A stretch of DNA of 64,000 bases from a virus (IMGVR_UViG_3300028533_000217:34307-98306); one strand, 5' to 3'; positions 1 to 9,254 are shown, counted from the stretch's first letter. Numbers and translations are program-made. The notes: generated from the sequence alone by a model not told the origin.

Positions 1-2
1 TA

Positions 3-503
3 AACGTTGACCAAGATATAAATACAGATGACCAATATATAGAATCAGATAATGTTTCTTTTATGGTTGAAAAAGCTACACAAAAAGTAATGAGTAAATT
101 TAATTTATCAGTAGGACCTGATACTAAAATAATGCAACAAGTAGTGGCTAGAGAACCTGGTTGTTCTATTAATAATCTAAGAAATATGTTACATTTTATA
201 TATAACGGTCATGATGCAACATTTAATAGAATAGTTGGAATAATTATACATGTTTATTTATTTGAATATAAACGAAAAGTTGAAGATATAAAAACAATGG
301 ACTTTGAAGTTGAAATGAGAAAGTACTACAAAGGTCAAAAAATAGATGATAAAAACTTAAATGAAATGAAAATGCATATAGATAAAGTAATGGAAGGTTC
401 AGGATTAAATAAAAAAATAACAAGAGATGCTACAAAAAATGATTGTAAAAGAGCTTTCTTTTTATATGTAGTAATATATATCAGATATTGTATATTAGGA
501 TAG
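3..503 (+). CDS. C-terminal part of a gene truncated by the window edge; possibly the sigma-like promoter-specificity subunit of the non-virion RNAP
   Basis: Frame is open from nt 3 (NVDQDINTDD...) to TAG at 503. The C-terminal TRDATKNDCKRAFFLYVVIYI resembles, from memory, the end of phiKZ/AR9-type nvRNAP specificity subunits. Confidence 0.35.
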   Translation, partial: NVDQDINTDDQYIESDNVSFMVEKATQKVMSKFNLSVGPDTKIMQQVVAREPGCSINNLRNMLHFIYNGHDATFNRIVGIIIHVYLFEYKRKVEDIKTMDFEVEMRKYYKGQKIDDKNLNEMKMHIDKVMEGSGLNKKITRDATKNDCKRAFFLYVVIYIRYCILG

Positions 504-516
504 GAGGTATAATACT

Positions 517-1269
517 ATGAGTGGTGTAGAAACTAAAAAATGTATAAAATGTGGGAGAGTGTTACCTGCGACAGAAGCTTATTTTAAGTACACCAATAAA
601 AATAAAAATAACTTTAGATCTTGGTGTAGAGATTGTGATAAAGAATATCAAAAAGCTTATAGAGAAAAAAATAGAGAGAAGAATAAAGAATATTATAAGA
701 AATATTATCAAGAAAATAAAGAAGAACTGCTTGAAAAAGGTAAAAAATATGTAGACGAGCATAGAGAACAATATTTAGATTATCATAGACAGTATTATAA
801 AGAAAACAAAGAAAGACTGGATAAAGATGCTAGAATATATAGAGAACAACATAGAGAAGAAATTGCTGAATATCATAAGAAATACCGAAAAGAACATAGA
901 GATGAAAAAAGAACATATTTCTTTAACCGTGCAGCTAGAGATAGATATACTAATGATGAAATAGAATTCAATAATATAACAATGGAAGAATTTCTAAACA
1001 TTTATAGTTTTTTTGATAATAAATGTGCTTACAGTGGTGTTGAATTAAACGAATCAAATAGATCTATAGATCATATAATACCTTTAGAATTAGGAGGGAC
1101 TAATGATTTGTGGAATTTAGTACCTTGTACAAGAGCTTATAATGCATCTAAATGTAATAAAACCTTGGAAGAATGGTATCCTAACGCTTTTTGTTATTCA
1201 GAAGAAAGACTTAATAAGATATATGAATGGATAAATCTAAATAAAGAGGGTGGGCATTATGATGAATAG
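517..1269 (+). CDS. Free-standing HNH homing endonuclease with N-terminal Zn finger and helical K/Y/R/E-rich repeats
   Basis: CIKC..CRDC zinc finger; CAYSG...SIDHIIPLELGGTNDLWNLVPCTRAYNASK HNH motif. Confidence 0.85.
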   Translation: MSGVETKKCIKCGRVLPATEAYFKYTNKNKNNFRSWCRDCDKEYQKAYREKNREKNKEYYKKYYQENKEELLEKGKKYVDEHREQYLDYHRQYYKENKERLDKDARIYREQHREEIAEYHKKYRKEHRDEKRTYFFNRAARDRYTNDEIEFNNITMEEFLNIYSFFDNKCAYSGVELNESNRSIDHIIPLELGGTNDLWNLVPCTRAYNASKCNKTLEEWYPNAFCYSEERLNKIYEWINLNKEGGHYDE

Positions 1270-2286
1270 TAAAAAAAGAAAAGAGATGGAAAATCTAATT
1301 TATGGGTTCTTTGATGCATTCGATCCAACTGGTAGGAATACGGAGTATTATAGAAACAAATTTAAAAGTATGAGCGACGCACAATTTGATAATTATTTTA
1401 AACAATTATTTGCTCAAGATGATCCATATTTAACAGCAACTATGGTTGATTATGAGAATCCTATATTGATTGAAAATATTGAAAAAGCTGCGGACTTTTT
1501 ACAAGTTCCCCTTTTTGAAAGAGTCGTGTTACCATATGCCAGTTCGGATCCTAACAACCCAATAATCACAAAACATGAATGTTTAGTGGGGTATTTAAAT
1601 ATAAAGCGTTAATTGAAGGCGTTTTTAAAACCTCTTTAATTGCTGGGAAGCCTAAGTCCTTTAAGGATATGGTAATCAGCAGCCAAGACTTCTTTTAGAA
1701 GTAAGGTTCAACGACTATCGAAAGGGTATCTATAGAGAAATACTATAGAGAGTAACCGAGTAGAGTACACTCAAGCGAGTGGAAACGGGAGGGTTCCTAT
1801 ATTTGGTAATAGAGTATAGGAATATGATATAGTCTAAACTTCTATAGAAATATAGAGCAGTTATAATAAGCGGTATAGTTGTAGCGAAACTGTACGAATA
1901 TAAATTTGCTTCAGCAAATGAACTTTAAAAAACTTGGGCTTTCTACAGATATTACCGATAGAAACATGATAACTGGTCAGGTTGTAGGTCATGATAAAAA
2001 CTCAAGAAACTCAGATGCAGAAACCACTTCGTTATTAACAGTTGGTGCGAATAAGTCTCTTAAAGAGTTTATGTCTATGAGAGCTGACGATATGGTTATG
2101 AAGAAAGAAATGACGCAAAAAATAATAAGAGATGGTTATGTGGCTATGGATGATTTAACTGATAAACTATCTAATAAAACAACATTAAACTCAGCAGCTG
2201 TATTCTTTATAGGAATGGGTTTAATGACTGACTTAGTAATGAATGATTATTTCTTACCAAAAGCAAACATACTGGACGAAGATTAA
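1259..2286 (+). CDS. Virion RNA polymerase beta C-terminal subunit, intron-split (exons 1259-1609 and 1909-2286, ~242 aa)
   Basis: Spliced junction reads VGYLNIKR|LQQMNFKK, then RNMITGQV and LKEFMSMRADD, matching the beta C-terminus (Y..KL.H...K; R...TQQP; L.E.LT.KSDD) as split off in phiKZ-like phages. Confidence 0.8.
1610..1908 (+). mobile_element. Group I intron, no internal ORF (299 nt)
   Basis: 5' exon ends in U (aaagcgT) and pairs with IGS ggcgtttt; core elements aattgctggg, aatcagcagcc, ttcaacgactat, gatatagtct; terminal G at 1908; P10 tgaag/cttca; removal restores the frame. Confidence 0.92.
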
Positions 2287-2326
2287 TGTAATTTACAATA
2301 TTTCAATCCCATATTATAAAAGTGAA
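2287..2326 (+). promoter_or_regulatory. Putative early (virion RNAP) promoter
   Basis: TGTAA..TTTCAATCCCATATTATAAAAGTGAA, a variant of the motif repeated about 11 times in the window. Confidence 0.6.
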
Positions 2327-2987
2327 ATACTATTATAATATGAAAGGAATTGATATTATGAAACAAAATTTAAATAATTATATAGAGGAAATAATAACAA
2401 GATATAAAAACTTTGATGGAGCACATGATGAAGAACATGCAAAAACAGTTATAAGTAATTCAGAATATATAGCAAATTGTATGATCCAAGAAGAAAATAT
2501 AGAAATAAATATGGATATGGTTAGAATAATAGCAGCAATGCATGATTTAGGATTAGCGTATGACAGAAAAACACATCATATAAAATCAGGAGAAATAGTT
2601 AGAAAAGAAGAAACTTTAAAAGAGTTCTTTAATGATGAACAGATAGAAATCATAGCAAAATCAGTTGAAGAACATAGAGCAAGTTATAAAGGAGAATATA
2701 CAAGCATATATAGTATGATAGTATCAGATGCTGATAGAATAAATGATATATACACAATGATAAATAGAAGTTATAAATACAATAAGAAACATAATCCTGA
2801 ATTTAGTGAAGAAGAATTATATCATGCTGTAACAGATCATTTAAGAGACAAATATGGTAGTGAAGGTTATGCAAGATTTAATACAAAGTATGCTGATGAA
2901 CAATTAAAACTAACAAGAGAAATACTTATAAATGAAGAAGAATATGATAAAATATATTCTGAATTATTCGGAATGCAATGGAAATAA
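2322..2987 (+). CDS. HD-domain phosphohydrolase (true start probably 2358)
   Basis: H...HA, AAMHDLG, HH, EHR, SDADR motifs. Confidence 0.85.
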   Translation: MKYYYNMKGIDIMKQNLNNYIEEIITRYKNFDGAHDEEHAKTVISNSEYIANCMIQEENIEINMDMVRIIAAMHDLGLAYDRKTHHIKSGEIVRKEETLKEFFNDEQIEIIAKSVEEHRASYKGEYTSIYSMIVSDADRINDIYTMINRSYKYNKKHNPEFSEEELYHAVTDHLRDKYGSEGYARFNTKYADEQLKLTREILINEEEYDKIYSELFGMQWK

Positions 2988-3012
2988 GATACCTAAGGGT
3001 ATCTTATTTTTT
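2984..3012 (+). terminator. Intrinsic terminator
   Basis: ataagatacc-taag-ggtatcttat followed by a T-run. Confidence 0.7.
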
Positions 3013-3023
3013 ATATTCATTAT

Positions 3024-3035
3024 AACAAATATTTA
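3024..3035 (+). promoter_or_regulatory. Late promoter AACA-N6-TA
   Basis: AACA aatatt TA upstream of the lipoprotein gene. Confidence 0.6.
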
Positions 3036-3051
3036 GAAAATAGAAAGGGGA

Positions 3052-3522
3052 TTGATAAAAATGAAAAGAATGATGATTACAGGATTAATCCTTACATTAA
3101 TTTTAAGTTGTATAGGGCTATCAGGTTGTAAAAAAATTGAAGAAATTGATAATAACAATAATACACAAACTGAAGAACCTCAGATAAATGTATATGTTTT
3201 AGAAAAAGAATATAATGCAATATTAGGTCTTGCCGAAAACGTATATATGATGTTGTCAGAAAATGAAAATGAGATGACACCAATGCAAGCTATCGAAATG
3301 ATAGAATATATACAAAAGAATAGAATAAAACCAACACAAGAATTAACAATCGCATTAGATGACTCATTAGATGATTTATTAGAATTATTTATAAAATATT
3401 ATATGGCTTCAGAAAGCGAAAAACCCGTTGTTGAAGCTGAAATAATAGAACTTTTAGAGTATATGAATGATTTAAGTTTAGAAATAGAAAGAATTATAGA
3501 CGAATATAAAACGATTATATAA
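3052..3522 (+). CDS. Putative lipoprotein
   Basis: Basic N-terminus, hydrophobic stretch and lipobox LSG-C. Confidence 0.7.
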   Translation: MIKMKRMMITGLILTLILSCIGLSGCKKIEEIDNNNNTQTEEPQINVYVLEKEYNAILGLAENVYMMLSENENEMTPMQAIEMIEYIQKNRIKPTQELTIALDDSLDDLLELFIKYYMASESEKPVVEAEIIELLEYMNDLSLEIERIIDEYKTII

Positions 3523-3539
3523 AGTTTTATAAATATGTT

Positions 3540-3562
3540 AACAAAATAGTAACATAAAAATA
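3540..3562 (+). promoter_or_regulatory. Tandem late promoters AACA-N6-TA
   Basis: AACA aaatag TA (3540-3551) and AACA taaaaa TA (3551-3562). Confidence 0.6.
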
Positions 3563-3612
3563 TAATTTATGTATCGGTTAAATAAAAAATATATTTTAAA
3601 GGAGAGGTCTAT

Positions 3613-4200
3613 ATGAATAAAAAAATAAAAAGTTTATTAGTAGCTGGGTTATTAGTAGTTGGAATGAGTGGAAATGTTTTTGCTGCAGAAAGCGATTTAC
3701 CTTCAATTTCTACATCTACAATAACACAACCAAAATTTGAAGATGGTAAAAGAGTTGTAGAACTTCAAGGTGGTCTTATAATAGTTGAAATGACGGAAAA
3801 AGAAAATGGTGAATATGATATAGTTGTAAAATGGGATGGTGAAAGTATAAAAGTATTAGGAGTAAAATCATATTATGAAAACGGTTCTATAGACCATACA
3901 AATTATTTTGAAGAATTATACCATTGTAATACATTAGAGGAAGAAGGTGAGTTCTTTAAAGGTACGGTTTTAGGAGGAGGAAATGGAGTCTCTGGACCTT
4001 TAGGAAAATTAGTTAAAGTTGAGGTAACATTTGAAAATCTTACAAAAGGTAATGAACCGGTAGTTCCACCAGAAGAACCAGAACCAGAAGAGGGAATAGA
4101 CGATCCGGAAACAGGAGATGCAGGGATGATGGTCGGAATAGCAACCGCAACATTAGCAAGTTTAGGATTAGTTGTTGTAAATAAAAAGAAAGATGAATAA
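3613..4200 (+). CDS. Secreted cell-wall-anchored protein (sortase substrate)
   Basis: Signal peptide ending VFA-A; Pro/Glu-rich linker; DPETG sorting motif followed by a hydrophobic segment and KKK tail. Confidence 0.85.
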   Translation: MNKKIKSLLVAGLLVVGMSGNVFAAESDLPSISTSTITQPKFEDGKRVVELQGGLIIVEMTEKENGEYDIVVKWDGESIKVLGVKSYYENGSIDHTNYFEELYHCNTLEEEGEFFKGTVLGGGNGVSGPLGKLVKVEVTFENLTKGNEPVVPPEEPEPEEGIDDPETGDAGMMVGIATATLASLGLVVVNKKKDE

Positions 4201-4248
4201 GTAAAATAGAGTAGAGATTTTCTCTACTCTATTTTAATTTTAAGGAGG

Positions 4249-4926
4249 TTGAGATATATGCGATTTAAAAGTATAATAAATATGATGTTGATTTCTATTT
4301 TATCTATAAGTGTTTGGGAAATAGGTCAGAAACAATGGGATTATTACAAAGCTAGAGAGACTTACAAACTAGCACAAGAAGAAAAACAACAAATGGATGA
4401 TGCGACAACGTATTTAAAAGAAAATGGATATGACTGGATAACTGTAGAAGGTACATCTATAAACTATCCAATCATGACGTATACAGACAATAGCTATTAT
4501 ATAAGTCACGACTATAAAGGGAATAAAAGTAACAGTGGTGCTATTTTTTATTGTTCTAGTGATAAACCGTTTAATGGTAGATATACTATGATATATGGAC
4601 ATAGTATGAAAAATGGAACAATGTTTAATAACCTACATTTCTTTCAAAAAGATAAGCAACGATTTAAAGATTCTATATTAACTATAGAAACAGTGGAAGG
4701 TGTTCGTAGATACAAACCATTTGCTTATTATGTAACTAATAACAATTTTTTCTATAAGAAAATAGATGAAATGAAAACAATTGATGCAATAACGTTGATA
4801 AAACAGAATAGTGATTATTTTATTAATGGAGTCGAATACGATGAAAATAGTCATATAGTTGGTTTATATACATGTGATTACAGTATTAATAACGGTAGGT
4901 TGATAGTGTTTTATATATCGGAATAA
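4249..4926 (+). CDS. srtB: Class B sortase
   Basis: N-terminal membrane anchor; WITVEGTSINYPI, GAIF, IYGHSMKNGTMF (His), LYTC (Cys), GRLIV (Arg). Confidence 0.9.
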   Translation: MRYMRFKSIINMMLISILSISVWEIGQKQWDYYKARETYKLAQEEKQQMDDATTYLKENGYDWITVEGTSINYPIMTYTDNSYYISHDYKGNKSNSGAIFYCSSDKPFNGRYTMIYGHSMKNGTMFNNLHFFQKDKQRFKDSILTIETVEGVRRYKPFAYYVTNNNFFYKKIDEMKTIDAITLIKQNSDYFINGVEYDENSHIVGLYTCDYSINNGRLIVFYISE

Positions 4927-5033
4927 TTTTTTATAATGCGATATACAATTATTTATGAAAGAAGTTCTATTTGGTTTAATATGCATACATGTGTTAGAAA
5001 TATGAGGTTAGTATAAAATAGAGGTGATTAAAT

Positions 5034-5222
5034 ATGAAAGACATTATTAATTTAATTTGCGATGTTATCATATTATGCGTTTTATTAACTACAGGAATGA
5101 TTGTTATACATGAAGTATTTATGAAAAGTTTATTATGTATTGCAGCCTGCATAGCAATTTTTATTAAAATAAAAGAATTATATTTGACAATAAAGAAAAA
5201 TCATGATAAAACTAAAGAATAA
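5034..5222 (+). CDS. Small two-TM membrane protein
   Basis: RBS gaggtg; two hydrophobic segments and a basic tail. Confidence 0.55.
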   Translation: MKDIINLICDVIILCVLLTTGMIVIHEVFMKSLLCIAACIAIFIKIKELYLTIKKNHDKTKE

Positions 5223-5261
5223 GTTATGGTGATTTATTTCACCATAACTTATATTTCTACC

Positions 5262-5300
5262 GTAAAAGATAATATTTCAATACTATATTATATAATTGAA
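5262..5300 (+). promoter_or_regulatory. Putative early promoter
   Basis: GTAAAAGATAATATTTCAATACTATATTATATAATTGAA. Confidence 0.7.
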
Positions 5301-5332
5301 ATATAATAAATATTATTTGGGGGTTTGATACC

Positions 5333-5746
5333 ATGAAAGAAAATTTAAATGGTTATAGAAAACAATTTAAAGGAAATGGTAGCGATGAACCTACAGATAA
5401 ACAAAAGAATATAATTAAAAAATTAAAAGCATTTTATGGAGATGACGTAATTCCTGATTGTAATACAAAAGGAGCAGCGTGGAGATGTATTAACAAATAT
5501 CAAGAAGTTGTAAAATTCGACAGAACTAAAAATGAATTTTATATTGAAGATGTTTCAGTAACTAATAAAACATCTTACAGATTAATAACAGAGGATGAAT
5601 ATATATGTGCAAAATTAATTAAAGAAGTTAAAAAATTAATGACAGAAAAAAATATAGAAGAATTTGAAGAAACTTTGAGTTATATAGGAGATTATAGTAT
5701 AATAAAAGACGTATGTGAATGTATATTAAAACAACAAAATCAGTAG
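5333..5746 (+). CDS. Hypothetical early protein
   Basis: ORF after early promoter; shares an IIxxLKxFYGxD motif with the next gene. Confidence 0.6.
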   Translation: MKENLNGYRKQFKGNGSDEPTDKQKNIIKKLKAFYGDDVIPDCNTKGAAWRCINKYQEVVKFDRTKNEFYIEDVSVTNKTSYRLITEDEYICAKLIKEVKKLMTEKNIEEFEETLSYIGDYSIIKDVCECILKQQNQ

Positions 5747-5800
5747 AAGCTTTTGAAACTGATTGAGTGATGTAAAAATAATATATATATATATAAATAA

Positions 5801-6313
5801 TTGGAGGTAATGTATATGAATAAATTACAAGCTGCTATAATAGAAGGATTAAAAGAATTTTATGGAGAAGATTTATATGTTCCTGAATCAATGTCTGTTG
5901 AAGAAGCTGCAGAATTTATAATTAAACATGATAGTGAATTAACAGAAGCTTTTGATGAATACTTTGGAGGAGGATTGTTTATTGCTGGGAAGTTAATCGT
6001 AGCTGAAGGACAATACAGTGCAGAAGAATTTATGGAGGCAATAGGAGCTGACGATGAGATGGATACGATGACTTATTTTGACATAGACTTTAATTGTTAT
6101 GATTATTACACAATAAACAATTTTAAACTAAATGAAGAACAACTTGAAGATCAAAGAAAGAAAATAGAAGAAATGAATAAAAAGTTTGCAGAAGAGGAAA
6201 GACAAATGCTTGAATATGAAGATTATTTAGCTGAACATGCTTATGATGATTTATATGATGGATATGATCCAGGAGATGATTTTGTGACTGATTGGATACG
6301 TTCTTTAGAATAA
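5801..6313 (+). CDS. Highly acidic hypothetical protein
   Basis: RBS ggagg before ATG at 5816; D/E-rich. Confidence 0.65.
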   Translation: MEVMYMNKLQAAIIEGLKEFYGEDLYVPESMSVEEAAEFIIKHDSELTEAFDEYFGGGLFIAGKLIVAEGQYSAEEFMEAIGADDEMDTMTYFDIDFNCYDYYTINNFKLNEEQLEDQRKKIEEMNKKFAEEERQMLEYEDYLAEHAYDDLYDGYDPGDDFVTDWIRSLE

Positions 6314-6359
6314 TGATTATAAATATTTTAATATAAAAAATAATAGGAGGGTTTATAAT

Positions 6360-7274
6360 ATGAAAAATATAAATAATTTTATGAATGAAATGAGTTATAA
6401 TTTATCTTTACAAGAATTAGAAGAAGTTATAGTTGATTATCAAGACGTTATAATAGAGTTTATAATAAATAATCAATACAACAAAAAGTATAGTAAAGAA
6501 TTTAAAGAAGTTTGTAGTGAAATAAGAAGTGATAAATTCTTTAGTGTATTATCAAGAATGATACATGAAGATGATGAAAGAATTAAATCTGATATGGCTT
6601 ATGTATTATATACAGCAACACATTTCAGTTTTGTTGAAAAAGGATTAAAAGATGAAGCAGTTGAATTAGGATATAAATTAAGAAATGAACAATTAGAAGG
6701 GCAATTAACAGATGACGATGAATTAAATATAGCAATAGTTATATGTTCCATAAAAGCATTTAGAAATTATAATTCAACACCATTCATAAGATCTAAAATG
6801 GTTGAAAATATAGTTGAATCTTTACCGGAAATATTATTTAACGTTTGCGGAAAATTAAAAGGATTAGAACCAAAACAAATAACTGATAAGATGATAAGTG
6901 AAATATTATTTAATTCAATTATAGATTTAGAAGTTAGAGATATTTTAATGGCTTTAGGAAAAGCAAAATTCCCTGATGATATAGAACCTAAATATAAACC
7001 ATTTGCAATAAGAATACAATCATTCTTATATAAAATTATATCAACATTATCACAACAATCATTTGATGAGGCTATGGTTGTTATATGTAAATCAATCAAG
7101 AGATTTAACGAAAGAACAGGAATGAATGAAACATTTATGGATAAATATTTAAACTATAGATTGTTAGTAGGATTTGTAAAGAGTGGTCATAAAATACCAG
7201 CACCAATGTTTACAACATGTGCTATGTTAGCTGAATTTATAAATAAACATAAAGAATTTGCTCAATTATTTTAA
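6360..7274 (+). CDS. Hypothetical protein
   Basis: 304-aa ORF with RBS aggagg. Confidence 0.7.
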   Translation: MKNINNFMNEMSYNLSLQELEEVIVDYQDVIIEFIINNQYNKKYSKEFKEVCSEIRSDKFFSVLSRMIHEDDERIKSDMAYVLYTATHFSFVEKGLKDEAVELGYKLRNEQLEGQLTDDDELNIAIVICSIKAFRNYNSTPFIRSKMVENIVESLPEILFNVCGKLKGLEPKQITDKMISEILFNSIIDLEVRDILMALGKAKFPDDIEPKYKPFAIRIQSFLYKIISTLSQQSFDEAMVVICKSIKRFNERTGMNETFMDKYLNYRLLVGFVKSGHKIPAPMFTTCAMLAEFINKHKEFAQLF

Positions 7275-7289
7275 GGAGGTATATAACAA

Positions 7290-7412
7290 ATGAAAAAAGA
7301 TTTAGGAAAATTTCTAATAGCAACAGGATCTGTAGAATCATATAACAATAAGCCAAGTTTAATAAGGGTATTAATATATAAATTTAAAAGACTAATTAAT
7401 AAGGAGATGTAG
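7290..7412 (+). CDS. 40-aa small basic protein (not in ORF track)
   Basis: RBS aaggaggt; MKKDLGKFLIATGSVESYNNKPSLIRVLIYKFKRLINKEM; fills the gap before infA. Confidence 0.55.
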   Translation: MKKDLGKFLIATGSVESYNNKPSLIRVLIYKFKRLINKEM

Positions 7413-7413
7413 T

Positions 7414-7635
7414 ATGGGTAAGAGTAAAGATATAATGAAAATAAAAGGAACTGTAATAAAATGTCTGCCTGGAGCTAAATTTATAGTTCAGGCAGATGAA
7501 GTTGATGTAACAGCAACATGTGTATTATCAGGTAAACTAAGACAAAATAAAATAATGTTAGTTGAAAATGATAAAGTAGAATTTGAAATATCAATTTACG
7601 ATTTAACAACCGGAAGAATAGTTTGGAGATACTAA
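7414..7635 (+). CDS. infA: Translation initiation factor IF-1
   Basis: KDIMKIKGTVIKCLPGAKF...LSGKLRQNKI....DKVEFEISIYDLTTGRIVWRY matches IF-1 along its full length. Confidence 0.92.
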   Translation: MGKSKDIMKIKGTVIKCLPGAKFIVQADEVDVTATCVLSGKLRQNKIMLVENDKVEFEISIYDLTTGRIVWRY

Positions 7636-7672
7636 TTTGATAAGAGGAAAAATTCCTCTTATCAAATTTTAT
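7634..7672 (+). terminator. Intrinsic terminator after infA
   Basis: aatttgataagaggaa-aaa-ttcctcttatcaaatt followed by Ts. Confidence 0.75.
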
Positions 7673-7681
7673 ATTTTACAT

Positions 7682-7693
7682 AACATAATTATA
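7682..7693 (+). promoter_or_regulatory. Late promoter driving the tandem ncRNA
   Basis: AACA taatta TA. Confidence 0.6.
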
Positions 7694-7696
7694 AAT

Positions 7697-7976
7697 ATAC
7701 TGTGAAGTCGATATGAATATGTAAGTCAAAAGCTTACATACAATGGCGCGAAACAAGTGGTGCTGATGTAAACATCAGATGGATGGCAGGTGTGACCTGA
7801 CAGCCATGCGGAATAGGTCATTGTCAAACAGTATTTACACTGTGAAGTTCATATCATATGTAAGTCAAAAGCTTACATACAATGGCGCGAAACAAGTGGT
7901 GCTGATGTAAACATCAGATGGATGGCAGGTGTGACCTGACAGCCATGCGGAATAGGTCATTGTCAAACAGTATTTA
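7697..7976 (+). ncRNA. Tandemly duplicated ~140-nt structured RNA of unknown family
   Basis: Two copies (7699-7837, 7839-7976) with an identical 121-nt core; GC-rich relative to the genome; nested stems; flanked by promoter and terminator. Confidence 0.7.
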
Positions 7977-7991
7977 ATTTACTTTTACATA

Positions 7992-8016
7992 GAGATAACC
8001 TTTAATAGGTTATCTC
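7992..8016 (+). terminator. Terminator-like hairpin after the tandem RNA
   Basis: gagataacct-ttaat-aggttatctc; weak U-tail. Confidence 0.55.
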
Positions 8017-8033
8017 AAATTATTTTAAAAGGA

Positions 8034-8714
8034 GTGATTTATATGTATATAACAATAGAATCTGAAGTTCATAAAGATTGGGGTTATGGATTAGAATTTA
8101 GATATTACGTTGACATGGATAATACATGGTGGTATTGTTATGAAGATATATGTGATTATATAGAATTAAATCAACAAGTTGCTGATAAAATATATAGACA
8201 CAAATTACAAGAAGATGATAAAAGAACCGTATATGACAGAAACCATAACAATAATCGTGGGGAACAAGAAACGATAGTTCTATATTTTATATCTTCCAAT
8301 GCTGTAAGATATATGGTGAAACGTAATAATGAACGTAACAGTAGATTAATAAAGGTTATGAACAATTTGGAATTCGTTAGTGGAGCTCATGAAATATTTA
8401 ACGATAACGAAGAGTTAAAAGAAAGAATAAATGTTTTAGGTAAATCTATAGAAAAATATGATTATGAAGAAATATTCTATCAGGCAAAACAATTAGTTGA
8501 ATCTGAATCGGGTAAAAATATATTAGACAAGATGGGAGTTATAGATAAAGATAAAGAATCTTTAATAGAACAGATAAAACATGAGATATACGATTATGAT
8601 GAAAATATAGAAGAAGTACAATTAACCATGAGAAACCTAAATGAAGAAAAGAAAGTTAAATTTAAAAAATCAGAAACAGAAATTCCTAAGTGGTTAAGTG
8701 AAGTTGTGAAATAA
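8034..8714 (+). CDS. Bro-N-like DNA-binding protein
   Basis: FRYYVD...WWYCYEDICDYIEL...FISSNAVRYMV resembles the Bro-N pattern. Confidence 0.5.
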   Translation: MIYMYITIESEVHKDWGYGLEFRYYVDMDNTWWYCYEDICDYIELNQQVADKIYRHKLQEDDKRTVYDRNHNNNRGEQETIVLYFISSNAVRYMVKRNNERNSRLIKVMNNLEFVSGAHEIFNDNEELKERINVLGKSIEKYDYEEIFYQAKQLVESESGKNILDKMGVIDKDKESLIEQIKHEIYDYDENIEEVQLTMRNLNEEKKVKFKKSETEIPKWLSEVVK

Positions 8715-8770
8715 TTCTAAACGGTGTTATATAACACCGTTTATTTTTTCTAAAGGAGGTAAAACATGAG

Positions 8771-9193
8771 ATGATACAAAATGCAGTAATATCTTATTTC
8801 TCCAAAGGAGATGAAGAAGATGCGCTTGTGGGTATTTATAATATTGCTTATAAAATAGCACAAGATAATGAGGCTATAACGTTAATATTTATAAATTTAT
8901 CAAATGATTATGATACAATAACAATAGATGATTTATCATATCCTATACCATATGGATCATATTCAGAATATAACGAGTATACGTTTGAAGAATTAGAAGA
9001 TCAAATATATTACATTTACAAAGAATTTTATTCACAAGGTGTTTTATATGAACCTGTGGTTATAATGATCCATGATGCTTCTAAGTTATGTGAAGATAAT
9101 GATGATTATCAAATCATAAGTTATTTAGATGATAAATTAACTTTATTAGATATTATGCAAGTTTATGTATTTTGTACAATAAGAGAAAAATAA
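8771..9193 (+). CDS. Acidic hypothetical protein
   Basis: ORF with RBS aaggagg. Confidence 0.6.
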   Translation: MIQNAVISYFSKGDEEDALVGIYNIAYKIAQDNEAITLIFINLSNDYDTITIDDLSYPIPYGSYSEYNEYTFEELEDQIYYIYKEFYSQGVLYEPVVIMIHDASKLCEDNDDYQIISYLDDKLTLLDIMQVYVFCTIREK

Positions 9194-9210
9194 AAATTAA
9201 TAATAACTAT

Positions 9211-9222
9211 AACAAATAAATA
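9211..9222 (+). promoter_or_regulatory. Late promoter AACA-N6-TA
   Basis: AACA aataaa TA. Confidence 0.6.
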
Positions 9223-9254
9223 TAATTATGAAAATAATAAGGAGGTAAGATAAT

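Noticed and set aside
7745-7780. Hammerhead ribozyme (GAAAC ... CUGAUG)
   Set aside because: Core reads CUGAUGU not CUGAUGA, there is no room for stems I and III, no NUH site, and CUGAUG is sequestered in its own hairpin
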